Assembly: GCF_009914755.1 (NCBI RefSeq) | Contig: NC_060925.1 | From: the human T2T-CHM13v2.0 reference genome, Homo sapiens | DNA: 64,000 nt | Direction: 5' to 3' (one strand) | Part shown: positions 14,412 to 27,998 of the stretch, piece by piece | Layout: every line of letters starts with the position of its first letter | Position numbering within the stretch: the first letter of the stretch is position 1 | The notes under the pieces: model-generated | What the model saw: the letters and a program-made list of their open reading frames with translations, nothing else | The model's database searches: none | What the model was told of the DNA's origin: nothing | Translations under genes and position numbers: made by a program

Positions 14412-17159
14412 TGAACCTCTGTCTCTGAGTTTGTTCAGTGACAAAGTCAGGCCTTGGAGAAAGATAACAGGCCTATGAGGTGTTGTCTCTATGAATCCCC
14501 ATTTTACAGCAGGGAAAACTGAGGCTCAGAGAGGTTGCCCAAAGGGGATTAGAAAGAATAATGGCCTGGAAGAGGAAAGTGCCTGGTTCACTGTCCGGGG
14601 TTAAGTCAGGTCAGAATGTCACGGTTGTACCAGTCTTGTGTGCGAGATGTTGACTGAACTGACTTTGGCATCTTACTGCCCAAGAATAGCGGGGATGGGA
14701 AGTGACTGGGCCTCCCTGGGGGCAGCCCATTCTGTGTAGAATGGTCCTCAGGAAGATGAAATCATGTAGGAAAACACCCCACATCCGTGGTTCCCACAGT
14801 CACTGATGGGGGTAGAATGGGGGGCTGCAAAGGAAGCTGGTACTCTTTACTGGTGCTCAGCTGAAGCTGTGGGTGCCCCCAGGAGCCCAAATAGCCCAGC
14901 AACGTCCTCTGCTGTTAGTCTGTTGCAACATTAGAAATTCCACCATGAACAGCTTCTAGAGAAAGCACAACCTTGTTGAGAAGAAAGGAAAGTCACACGT
15001 GAGGTCACTTGCACAGTAGCCTAGGAGATTCAGTTTCCTTATCTCAAAAATGGAACCAACACCAACCCCCTCAGGTTGTGAAAACTCCCAACACAGTTCC
15101 AGGGGGCAAAGGAGGTGTGTTCTTCCTGAGTGGAGGGGCCCCCCAGCAGACCTGGAGCTTCTGGCCCTGCTGCTGAATGCAGGAGGATGGCAACTCACTG
15201 GAATTCTGCTGTGCCCAGGCCTCACCAGCCTGTAGGTACCCAGGTCACACTTATGTTAATATCCAGATGAAGAAGTTTCTTAGACCTCATCCCCTCCAAA
15301 CACCCCTCCCCAGCCCCAGCCAGAAGGCCAGTTACTCCCGGCGCCTCCCCAAGTGGTGTCCAAACCCCAGCCGGGAGTTTTCTCCACTTCTTGGTGAGAT
15401 GCCTGGTGACTGCATTGGCCACAGGCGCGCCTGCAAAAACGCTGCACCAGGTGTGGCCACCCTCCACCCTGGTCACCCTGAGCTTCCAGGTGCCACGTTT
15501 GTCATGGCCATGGAGGTGCCATGTTTGCCACATCACCATGGAGGTGGTCAAGCAGTGGGCTTAGGCCAACTCCAGTTTGCAAACTGTCACCTGGGCCCTA
15601 AGGCAGCCCTTCCAGGGCCCTGGGTCTTGCATGGTCTCCATGACAATGACTTGGGCCGCATCTTTCCCTGTCCTTTTCTCAACAAGACTCAAAACCAAGG
15701 TGGAGGACGTACCTTTTCCCCCTTTTCCCCCTGTCACGCTCATCTCCCTCATTCTTGACCTCAAGTGCCCAGCTCCTCCCTCCCTCTGTGAATCTTCACC
15801 AGAGAGGACCCAGCAGGGCCACCATCAGCCAGACTCTGAATCCCAGCATGGGTTCAACTGGCCCAGCCTGCTACAGAGAGAAAGGGAGTCCCACCGCAGC
15901 CCCTCCAGCTGGAGTGTGGGGCATGAGCCACAGCAGACTCAGGCCCTCCATGCTGGCTGGGCAAGCCCCTTCCCTGTCTGGGCCTCTACTTTCACATCTG
16001 TGGCTAGACACTTCCCAAGGCCCCCTCCAGCTCAGACATTCTGAGGCCTGATGTCTTCTCTCCACCTAAGGCAGCCAGCAGTGACCAGTCCCTCTTTCCC
16101 CTCCAGGCCACACTGGAGCAGCCCAGCCCCTTATCACACGCAGCCGTCTTCGTTGTTTGCATGGTGCTCATTTCCCCTGGCTAAGAAAACATGCTCGCAA
16201 AATCAGATTTCCCTGGAAAGCCGGCAGGTTAAAAGGAAAGGAAACGTTGAATTCTGTGGAGTGGGGATCTGAAGGCAGGGACTGACCTCTGGGACTGCCC
16301 TCACACTTCTGGGTCCCCTTGATTAGAGGAAGCAGGGCCTGATCCCAAATTCCTGCCCCTAAGTAGTCCCCTCTGCCTCCCTCGGGTCTATTCCAGCACC
16401 CACAGGCAGCTGAGGCCTGGGGAGGCTTCGAGCCTTCTCAGGGTCACACAGAGTGTTATTATTTGTTATCATCCAGAACTTTCTGTGGCTCCCCACTGCT
16501 GGCAGGGCAAACCCACATGCATCCTGGTGTTCAAGGTACTCTCCCTTTTCCCTTATGTGGCCCTTTGGCTCTAGACATCCTAACTCCTCACCAGCCCAAA
16601 CAGCCTTGTCTTTGCCACGAGTGCCTCTCCCCCAACCCACTTCTGTCTGTTCAGCTCTCTCTTACTCTTCAAGACCCCACTCAGACCCTGCCTCCTCCAG
16701 GAAGCCTTCTGTGACTAGCCCTGCCCACATGATCCTCTCTGAGGGGTTCTGGCCACACCGGGAGGAGCCTGGTCGCTTCTCATCTGTACCCAACCTCTCC
16801 CTGGGGACAAACCCTCTTTGGGCCCAGCTGTCTTCTTGTTCAGGGCCTGGTTCCCACTTCCTGGAGCTGGCTTGGCCGGCTCAGGGCCGCCATGGGCCAC
16901 CGAGGAGAGAACCAAAGGATTTCCTTGGGACTAAATGATACCAAGAGTGGCAGAAGGCTGCTTAAGGGCCCCACCTTGGGTCCTTTCTTAAAAGTGACTT
17001 TTCCTGATCTTAACGTGGATAAAGCATGAGTGTGGTCACAGAACAGCTCTACAGCTGTTGGCAAGATGAGATAGGCCTACCTGAGCTCCCACGGAGAGCT
17101 GTCCATGATGAACATGTAATCTACAGAATGAAATGTACGTGTGGTGCCATTCGTTTTTA

Positions 17160-17380
17160 ATTAAACAAACAAAGCAAAACGCCTATAATGGCTCATGTGC
17201 GCCCAGCACTGGTCTGAGCACTTTGCGTGCATGGACTCACTCGATCCTCCTAATGACCCTGTGCGGCAGGTACCCTAATGACCCCATTTTACAGATGAGC
17301 AGACTGAGGTTCAGGGGAGGGATTCAAGCCCTGGCCACAGGCAGGCTCCAGCACCTGTGCTCTCAACCTCTCCCCTGTGC
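17160..17380 (-). mobile_element. MIR SINE
   Basis: ccccattttacagatgagcagactgaggttcag core. Confidence 0.75.
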
Positions 17381-18989
17381 TGCCTGCTGCATTCTCAGTG
17401 CTAATCTGTGCTTCCAAACAATACATAACCAAAGGGAGAGAGAAGCCGGGAGGAAGGTGCCACTGGGCCTTGCATGGAGCCAGGTTTGGAGAGAGAAAAA
17501 TAGGGAGACTTTCACTTCCTCTTCTTGCATTCTGTATTGATTGGTTATCACAAATAATATAATCTATTTGAAAAATAGAAAAAGCAGCACATGCTCATTG
17601 TAGAAAACTCAAGAGAGATGAGAAAGGCTTCAGAAACTAGAGTCAGCCTGGGTTCTGGGAGCTGGCAGGGAAGCATACTCAAGGCCAGAGGATTCTAGAA
17701 GGATCACCATGAAAATGGGTGAGTAACCAGGCTTATTGTAGGTCTAGTGGCGTCAGGAGCAAGAGCTGACTGCACCTTGGTGTAGAAGGCGCTTTATAAC
17801 CCATTAGTGCTATTTCACCATGGAAAACGGCAGCCTTGTTTGGTAGTAAGCTGCCCATCTGTGGAGGCATAGGAGGAGATATCAGATGCAGGATTAATGC
17901 TGAACTGTTTGCTCTATGTTTCATGTGAGTTAGTCTGTTTCCCAGTCCTCCACCTTTAACTCAGGCTGGACAGAAATGGGATGTACTTACAAGGATGAAG
18001 CCCCATGCCTAACTGGTTAAAAAAATAACAAATGATTTAAAAACAGGATTCAGAGGCTTGCACAGATACAGCAGCTCCAAGAGCCCCTCAACATAGGTGG
18101 CTTCATGTGATTTTAGAACCTCCCAACATCACTGGCAGAAACATTTTGCAGAGAAGAAAGACGAAAAGCTCAGGGAGGTTTCGACTTGCCCAAGGTCACC
18201 CAACTGGCCCAGAGTTCCTGGCTCTGCTCAGTCAGGTGGCCATCCCACATCGGGGCATTTCTCACAGTGATTGTTCATTTCCTTCCAGGGCCCAGCATCC
18301 AGTAGGTGCTCAGGTCCTTCATGGGACGGCGTCAGAGACCCTGGTTCTGTTCTGGCTCTGGCCGAATGTGCTGAGCGAGTCCCCCACCCGTCTTGTGCTG
18401 GGTTTGATATTTCTGGGCTCCCTTCCAGGTCTCATCTGTCTGCCACCCACCCCTGTTCCTTAGTTTTCTTAGCTTGTCCCCTGACATCAGACCCCAAGGA
18501 GTCCTCAGATGGACGGGGGAAGGGGGAGGGCCCGTGGGGCGTCAGGCGCCCTGATGCTTGGACCTTTCTTTCATTCCATGCAGATTTATAGGCGTGTGTT
18601 CCTGAGCTCTCATTCACTGTCCACAGCCCAACACATGGCCTAAAAACAACAGATACGATGAAAGAGATCTTGCCTGCAGATGAAAGCAAGAGGGAAACCG
18701 GCCTCCCCCAGCCCTGGCCTGGCCCTGGGCCCACTGCACATTGTGGTCAAGGCAAAGTCAGGGCTGGGACGTCTGGAGAAGGCCAGAAGGCTCCTGCCCA
18801 CCCATGGGCCTGGGGCTTCCAGGGGCCCTGGTGCAAAGCCTCGGATGAAGTACTGGGGGAGGCAAAAGGAAATGGAGGCCCTGTTTCTGGGGGCAATCGG
18901 CTGGCATGCCAGGAAGGGGGCCTTGGCAGAGCCTAGAGTCAGACAGGGTGATGACAAATGACCCCGGGGCCCCTCCAGCACCGCCCCTG

Positions 18990-19260
18990 GGGACTCTGCC
19001 TTGCCCACTCTACTCCAGCCACTCAGGCTTCCTTCTGTTCCTTGAAACTCAGCAAGCTCATCTCCCTCCACCCCAGGGCCTCTGCACACAGTGCCCACAC
19101 CGCCGGAATGCTCTCCTCCGCACCCTCCCGAGACCTCCTCGGCCTTCAGGTTTCAGATTGAATGATGCCTCCTCCAAGAGCCTCCGACTGGTGACCCAAT
19201 CCATTCTCCAATCCAGCCCTCTGTTTTCTTAATGTACTTGGCACACTTTATAATCATTTG
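18990..19260 (+). mobile_element. L2 fragment
   Basis: tactccagccact.ggcttccttctgttccttgaa...cagggcctctgcaca typical of L2. Confidence 0.65.
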
Positions 19261-20569
19261 TTGTAGTGATTATAGGTGATTTAATAAATTAACATTTTCA
19301 TATCAATTAGATTGTTGATAAATTATAATTATTATCATTTATAGATTATTGAATGATTTAATGATTATCTGAAGGCCCCATGAGGATGTGTTCCTTGTGC
19401 CCTCTGGGTAAATGGGGCCAGCTCTGCCACCAACTCACTGCTCTGGGCCCAGGTATCAGGTCTTCTGACGATAACAGCAAATGATGTTTAGCTTTTCCTA
19501 GGAGCAAAGCATTTTCCACATGACTTTATTTAATCCTCACAGCCACCCAATAAGGCAAGGCAAGGGTTATTTCCATTTTGCAGACGAGGAGACTGAGGGT
19601 GAGTGTATCTCAGCTGCAGCCCGGACACAGTCTGCTTGTCCACCATGCCTACCCAACTGCCTGAGTCCCCAGGAGCCTTGCTCACCTTTGGGACTCTCCC
19701 ATATGTCACATGTGAGTGCTACGGGGGAGGACATAGAACTGGTCATCAGGCAGTGACCCTTAAGGGTGAATTCATCTGTTCACTCCCTGAGCAGATTTCC
19801 TTCCAGGTGGAGAAGAGAGGGATTCATCCCAGAGGGAAGAAAGCCAGAGCTCCCCACAGGGTGAGCCACTGTGGGGACCTGGGATGCCACCAGGGGAGAC
19901 GCATTGGGAGGGAGGGGGCTTTCTCTGCACAGCCGCCACCCACAGACCCCTCTGGCCCTCTCTTGGTCTGTAGAGCGACATCAGTGTTCCCAGGGGGAGG
20001 GACCTGGACCCTCTCCTGTGTTGCAGGCGGAAGGTGGGTGGGTGGATGGTGAACTGTAAACGCTGGTCTGGGAGGCGGCCACATGGCACCAGGAGCAGGG
20101 TCTTTCGTAGCCTCTGTGCCCCTTGCTCTAGGTCATTCTCCTTCGAAGGATGCCTTCTGAAGAAGCAATCAGGGACAAGGAAGGCGACTTCTGACAGGCA
20201 GTGCCCCCAGACTAACCACCCCAAACCCTGTGCCAGCCCCTTCCTGTGCTCAGGAGGCCAGAAATGAGTGTTTATAACCAGCTGTTGGAGTCTGGGGGGG
20301 CTGGGATGGAAAGGGAAGAAACAGCTGCGCAGCTTTTGTGCCCTTAAAAAGACAAATCACAAACCGATGCCTCAGGACTCCCACTGTCTACACAGCTGAT
20401 GGTCAGGGCTTCATACGTGGGCAAAAGTCACGGCATGAGTCTTCATTTGCTCACATGAATGAAGAGAAGAGAGAAGGTTTTAAAATGTCTGTTGGGGGAT
20501 ATTTATGCTATTCTTTAAACTTTTGTATATGCTGAGCTTTTCTATAATAAAAAGTAAAAAAGAAAAATA

Positions 20570-20705
20570 GGAATGAGGGAGGGAAAGAGGGATGGAAGGA
20601 AGGAAGGAGAAAGGGAAAGAAGGAAGAGAGAAAGGAGGGAGGGAGAAAGGAAGGAAGGAGTGAGGAGGGAGGGAGGGAGAGAGGGAGGGAGGGAAGAAAA
20701 GAAGG
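20570..20705 (+). repeat. GA-rich (GGAA/GGGA) low-complexity tract
   Basis: Almost pure purine run. Confidence 0.9.
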
Positions 20706-20903
20706 ATTCCATATATGATTCCATTTTTTGAGTAAATGAGTCGTGTGTGTATTTGTATGCATGAAGAAAGTCTGGGAGCATATGTACAAAAATATTTACA
20801 ACTGCTATCTCTAGTAGGGTTATGGGTGATTTTTATTTTCTTCTTTGTACTTTTAATTTTTCTAATTGGGAAGAAATAACACAACTATTAAGAAAAAGAA
20901 AGG

Positions 20904-21210
<307 letters not shown>

Positions 21211-23291
21211 GGAATGTCTTGTGTTCTAGACTCTCCTCCATCCACTCAGCATCTCTCTGACTCTGCTTCAGTGACCTCATCACAATGAGCCTCATCTCTC
21301 TCCCCAGCAAAATGGGGGCATCACTAATGGGGATGCAGTGAGGACAGAAAGGGGCGGTACTGAGGGTACACCTGGTAGGAGCCCAACACCTGTGTGCTGC
21401 CCCCCACACACACTCAGGCACCCACACGAGTGAGAGCCCGCACACACCACAGACCCCGGAAGGACAGCAAGACTTCCTGGCCCCACACATGTGCCCTGGT
21501 TCACCCTCGTGCCCGTATGCACAAACACACACGCACGGTGCACTCATGAGTACACGCTGTAACCTGCGTGGGGTGGCTCTGTCAGCCGACCGGGTGGGTG
21601 AGAGGAGAAAGCCCCATCCCTTTTCAAGATAAACACAGGAAGTGAGGATCCCACAGTGTCAGGACAAGGTTGGGAGTCATCCATAAACTCCAGGCAGGGG
21701 TGGGGGATGGAGAGGGGCCCAGAGAGGGGAGGTGGGGTGTGGGAGTCTGGGCAGGGCCTGAGTTTGACATCTGTTGTCTTGGGTTCAGATGTGAAAAGTT
21801 GAAATGGTGACTAAGCTTGGGGGCTATCTTAGCTCTGTCTGTCTGTCTGCCTGTCTGTCTGGGACAATACTTCCCACCCTCACCCACCCCTCTCTCCCCA
21901 GTCCTGGGCTTAGTGAGCCAGGTGTTCAGGTCAATCGGAGGCCCAAGGGCCCCCAGCCAGGCCCCCACACTTAGGGAAGCCAGAACCTGTGCTCAGCAAA
22001 TGCTTGCAAAGGCCATGAGTAGATGGAAAGAAACAGTCATCACGGATTCCAGGATGCTCCCGAATCCAGCACATGCTTGAGTGCGTCCCGGCCCAGCTCA
22101 GATCTCTGAGAGATTATCCTGGGGGTAGCTGCCAGGGACTGGCGCCCCAGCCTTCTCCTCCCAAGTCTCTGCTCCTACTTTCCTCAAAGCCTACTGAGTC
22201 CCAGGGGAAAGTAGCAACGGGGCCTCTGCCAGGCCAAGGCGGGTGGGAGGGCACAGGGCTGACCACTCAGGGCCTCTGGAGAATGTTGTTGGATGAATGA
22301 GCACTTGCTGTGTGCCAGGTACCTTACATCAGCCTTAAATACTTTTCTGGAACAAATCTAGGGTTGGGGGAGAGAAGGATGTTTTCTACCTCACCCCCTA
22401 GCCACGCAACTGCCCTCACTTTGCGATGAGGTTACTAGCTGGATCCAAGTCGCACAGTTATAGGTGGTGGCTCCCACCTGCAAGGGCAGAGGGACAGATG
22501 GAAACCTTTCTTGAAGCATTCTGTTATGAAACTCCCCACTCATTCCCCTGAGCAAGTGGGGTTGAGTATAGAGTTTCCCTTTCGAACACAATTGCCTGCC
22601 CATCTTTTGCTATCAGAAGCCTCCAACCCCACAGCTAGAGCCCCTGGACAGTCCGAGAGCCTGGGCACACCCCACCTCTGCCTGTTGGCCACTTGGGCAA
22701 GTTGCCCACATTCTTCACCCTCTCCCTGCACCGGTGCTTCAGGCGTACCTGGATTTCTTTGGCTTCTCATAACCTCACCTGTGCACCTCCCAACCATTAT
22801 TTCATTTGCTTCTCCCAGCAAACCAGGAGATAGAAAGATTATGTCCATTTTGTCAATGAGGAGACTGAGGCCTGGAAAGGTCATACAGACAATTAGAAGC
22901 AGAGCCCAACCCACACCCAGGCAGATTCCAAACCCAACCCTCTTCTCCTAGTCCCAGCTCCTGCCTCTGCCACGGCTGCTGAGTCATTGGTGGTGGCAGC
23001 AAGGCTACTGCAGAGACCTCAGGGTCTGGGCTTCCTGTGGCTTCTGCCTTCCTTGTCACCTCCACCTTGCTACCAGCTTGGCCTCAGGCCCCAGACCCAG
23101 ACTTCAAGCCCCATAAGGCCCAGCACTGCCTAGTCCTTGCCCGGGTACTCAAACAGCTCTCTCTCCCTTTGCTTTTTACTCAACACTTTCAGTCATGTGG
23201 TTCCTCTTTCAAATCCTCAAACTCTCTGTTTTTACCTACCCCAGGGATCTTACTGTTACTTCTATTTTTCTCTTTTAAAAAATGTATTCAC

Positions 23292-23820
23292 TGGATGGAT
23301 GTATGGGTGGGTGGATGAGTGATTGGATGGATGGATGAATGGATAGATGGATGGATGGGTGATTGAGTGGATGGATGGATGGATGATTGGATAGGTGATT
23401 GACTGGATGGGTGATTGAGTGGACGGATGGATGGATGGATGGATGGGTGATGGAGTGGACAGATGGGTAAATGGATAAAAATGAGTGATTGAGTGGATGG
23501 ATGGTTGGATGGGTGGATGGATGGATGGATGGATGGATGGGTGACGGAGTGGACAGATGGGTAAATGGATAAAAATGAGTGATTGAGTGGATGGATGGAT
23601 GGATGGGTGGATGGATGGATGGATGGATTGTTGAGTGGATGGATAGACTGGAGGGATGAAAGGGTGGTGGGTGAACAAACTTGACTGGATGAATGGATGG
23701 ATGGATGGGTGGGTGGTTGAGTGGATGGTTAGACTAGAGGGATGACAGGGTGGTGGGTGAACAAATTTGACTGGATGGATGGATGGATGGGTGGATGGAT
23801 GGATGGATGGATGGATGGAG
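23292..23820 (+). repeat. Complex (GGAT)n array A
   Basis: GGAT runs interspersed with TGATTGAGTG and longer duplicated units (85-nt period at about 23630-23790). Confidence 0.95.
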
Positions 23821-25831
23821 GAATGAGATGGAAGGATGCTGCTACCGTTCTGCTCAGATTTTGGTCTTCTCTCTCCCCACCTAAGTGCCTTGTACCTACA
23901 GTTTTCACCCCCAACTCTAATTTGCCCGGTCCTGCAAAGTTTGAGGGAACAACTGGGAGACCACAGTAACCCTTCTCTTTGGTCCCCAGTTTCAATTCTC
24001 CTTGGGGTGTCCTGACAGCTCCTTTCAGGTCCCCAAATCAGCCTCTGGGAGGAAGGAGGCAGCCTTTGTCCTCAGTACAAATGCTTGAATATTTGAGCCT
24101 TTTGCCTGTTACAGTGACTCCCACTTTGGGGGTGGTTTTACATCTCTTTAATTGTCTTGAAACTAAAAACAAAACTGAAAATTTCCCTCAAATAATAATG
24201 CACTTTAAGGTTAATTAACTAAAATTACTTTTGGTGACTTGATCTTAAACTCTAAAAAACTAGAAAGATTGTTCTTTCTAGAAGTGTTCCAAAGTAAATT
24301 AATAAATTTTAAAGGGACACCCATCTCCTACCAAAACACCATGTAGTTAAGAGATCATTATTTAATCGCCCCCAAATCAAGCATGAATATCTATAAGCTG
24401 AGGAGCTAAACAACAAAGAAAAAGTGGAGCAAACAAAATCAGATACTCGGTGGGTGCAAAAACACTGAAGGGGGGCGTCAAAAGGTGAACAGGTCATTGG
24501 GTTAACAGAGTTTTAGGGAATGTAGCAGACACCCCATTTTTCTCTCCCAGATCCCTTATCCCAACTCAGAGAGACTAGAGCAGGAATCTTCACACCTGAG
24601 TTCTTGTCCAGGGGCAGCCTGTGAGCCCTGTGCTCACCTGGTCACAAGAGGCAATCACTAACACTCAGGAAGTACCTGCCTTCTTTGCCCTGGGCCAAGC
24701 CCCTCACACGAGGGCCTCACTTCATCCGGACCTCAGTATTGTGATCTCCATCTGCCAGGTGCAAAGCTGAGGCTCAAAACAGGAAGTGGCAGATCTAGGA
24801 TCAAAGTTCACCTTAAAGAATATCTACCTCATATTCCCATGAATTAGGTAAAGCAACCAAAGTTTAGAGCAGACCAGACCACACAGCCAGCGAGGGCAGA
24901 CTGGACTTCAGTTGTACAAACAGTAGTGCAAGTGTCGAGTGAATGAGACAGACAGTGGATGCCAGAGCCATCACATGGGAGATCAGTTTCTGCGGGGGTG
25001 TGAAGTGGTGGTGAATAGAAGGAGAGATAAACAGCACTGGTCAGGGAGGACTTCCTGGAGGAAGGGGGCATTGACCAACACAGAACATCTGGCAGGACCA
25101 GTATCCTCCTGAATTTCCATGGAGGTGGAGGAAAGGAGAACCCTTCTTTTCTCTCCTCCTGGGCTCTCTCGTGCAGTTGGAGTCAACAGAGTAGCCACTG
25201 GCCCCCCAACTTTGAGTAAAACCCCATCCCCCAGCAGGGCAAGAGGGGCAGAAGCAGCCAGCAGCCTCCCATCAAGCCTTGACAGGAGTTGTCACCAGTG
25301 CAGAGCCAGCGGAGTGTGGTGGGGCCCTGTCTGGCCCCAGCCCCACTGTTTACCTGTCTGGGTTGTTGCTGGAACCATTCATCTCAGTGAAGGATGACAT
25401 GGCCTCCCTCCTCCCTCCTCCTGCTCAGCTCCTCCACTGGGCATCCACTTCTGCAGATCTCCAGAATGCTCCAAGCCTCCTAGATGCACCCCCTGCATGC
25501 CTGCTCCTTCCTGGCCAGCCTTGCCCCAGGTGTGCTCTTCCTCCCATTCTCACCCATGTGCTGAATAAGCAGAGTGCCACTGGCCACATCAAGAGCTACC
25601 TGTGTGGCTGCGGCCCTGCTGGGTGCCAGGCTCTGTGATAAGGAAACACCTGATGGCCATCACTTCTTGATCCCTCATCTACATGGTGGCTATGAAGGAA
25701 GAGAAAAACAGGTGATCACATTTCTGTGTGATCAGTGAGGTGGGAGAGTCCATATTAGTTATAGTGATCAGACCACGGAGATTGGAGCTGCTAATTCTGC
25801 CAAAGGAAGTGGACAGGGATGGGAAAGTGGA

Positions 25832-27209
25832 GATGGATGGGTGGATGAGTGGTTGAGTGGATGGATGGATTTGTTCACCCACCACCCTTTCATCCCTCCA
25901 GGCTATCCATCCACTCAACCACCCATCCATCCTTCCATCCATCCACTCAATCACTCATTTATCCATTTACCCATCTGCGCATTCAATCTCCATCCATTCA
26001 TCCATCCATCCATCCACTCAATCACTCATCCACTCAATCACCCATCCATTCATCCACCCATCCACTCAGTCACCTATCCATTCATCCATCCATCTACTCA
26101 ATCACCCATCCATTCAATCAGCTATCCATTCATCCATCCATCCACTCAATCACCCATCCATTCAATCAGCTATTCATTCATCCATCCATCCACTCAATCA
26201 CCTATCCAGTCAATCACCTATCCATTCATCCATCCATCCATCCATCCATCCATCCATCCATCCATCCATCCACTCAATCACTCATCCACTCATTCACCTA
26301 TCCATCCATCCACCCATCCATCCACTCAATCACCCGTCCAGTCAATCACCTATCCATTCATCCATCCATCCACTCAATCACCCATCCATCCATCCATCCA
26401 TCCATCCATCCATCCATCCATCCACTCAATCACTCATCCACTCAATCACCCATCCATTCATCCACCCATCCACTCAATCACCCATCCACTCAATCACCTA
26501 TCTATTCATCCATCCATCTACTCAATCACCCATCTATTCAATCACCTATCCATTCATCCATCCATCCACTCAATCACTCATCCACTCATTCACCTATCCA
26601 TCCATCCATCCATCCATCCATCCATCCATCCACCCATCCATCCACTCAATCACCCATCCAATCAATCACCTATCCATTCATCCATCCATCCACTCAATCA
26701 CCCATCCACTCAATCACCTATCCATTCATCCCTCCATCCACTCAATCACCCATTCAGTCAATCACCTATCCATTCATCCATCCATCCACTCAATCACCCA
26801 TCCAGTCAATCACCTATCCATTCATCCATCCATCCACTCAATCACCCATCCATCCATCCATCCATCCATCCATCCATCCACTCAATCACTCATCCACTCA
26901 ATCACCTATCCATTCACCCGTTCATCCATCCATCCACTCAATCACCCATCCAATCAATCACCTATCCATTATGCATCCATCCACTCAATCACTCCTCCAC
27001 TCAATCACCTATCCATTCATCCATCCATCCACTCAATCACCTATCCATTCATCCCTCCATCCACTCAATCACCCATCCAGTCAATCACCTATCCATTCAT
27101 CCATCCATCCACTCAATCACCCATCCATCCATCCATCCATCCATCCATCCATCCATCCATCCATCCACTCAATCACTCATTCACTCATTCACCTATCCAT
27201 CCGTCCATC
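25832..27209 (-). repeat. Complex (CCAT)n array B, about 1.35 kb, inverted relative to array A
   Basis: CCAT runs with recurring CCACTCAATCAC / CTATCCATTCAT subunits; short GGAT-sense stub at 25832-25869 then polarity flips. Confidence 0.95.
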
Positions 27210-27694
27210 TCTATGGGAAAGCCATAGAGAGGGGACCATCAAGGATGTCCTTGAAGGAGGGGAGGGTGTTTTCAGGTAGACCAAGGATAAAGCATTCCAG
27301 GCAGATGCAGGGTACCATGAGCACATGCACCTGGATACTCCACACATAACCAGCAGTCAGGAGTGACCAGGTGTCTGTGTGTGGAAAGGGGCTGGCAACT
27401 TCCACAGGGCTTTTTGAGCACCCTCCTTCTGGAAAGCCCCCTGGTCACTGGTCCTCAACCCCTTCCAGGTTCCTGTAGCATTTGCAGATCGTACTTATAA
27501 GACCCTTAAAAGAACAAAACTCACCTTCTGTTGTAACTCTCCCAGCCCATGTTTCCACTATCTGAGGATCACAGACCCCTTGAAGGCAAGAGTTGTGTCT
27601 TATATTTCCTGACATTTGTTATCCTCAACCCCTGGCCCTGTGTTTAGTACAATTGTGAAAGCATACTTGATGTTCAAAAAAGATTCATTAAAGT

Positions 27695-27998
27695 GGCCGG
27701 GCAGGGTGGCTCATGCCCATCCTCCTAGTGCTTTGGGAAGCCCAGGAGGAGGATCACTTGAGGCCAGGAGTTTGAGATCAGCCTGGACAGTGTAGTGAGA
27801 CCTCATCTCTACCCAAAGAAAAAAAATTAGCTGGGTGGTGATGTGCACCTATAGTCCCAGCTACCCTGGAGGTTGAGGTGGGAGGATCACTTGAGCCCAA
27901 GAGTTTGAGGTGAGCCCAAGAGTTCGAGGCCACAGTGAGCTGAGATCATGCCACTACACTCCAGTCTGGGTGATGTCATCTCTATTTAAAAACACAAA
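27695..27998 (+). mobile_element. Alu SINE (AluJ-like)
   Basis: Diverged dimer with a 19-nt internal duplication at 27892-27929. Confidence 0.9.

Noticed and set aside
15177-16044. Overlapping 193-aa and 155-aa ORFs in unique GC-rich DNA
   Set aside because: No recognisable homology; multiple frames on both strands are open, as expected for GC-rich non-coding sequence.
25841-27349. Three overlapping long ORFs (502, 476, 456 aa; His/Pro/Ser/Ile-rich)
   Set aside because: The CCAT-type strand contains almost no TAA/TAG/TGA, so all three frames are open by composition; no domain, splice or codon evidence.
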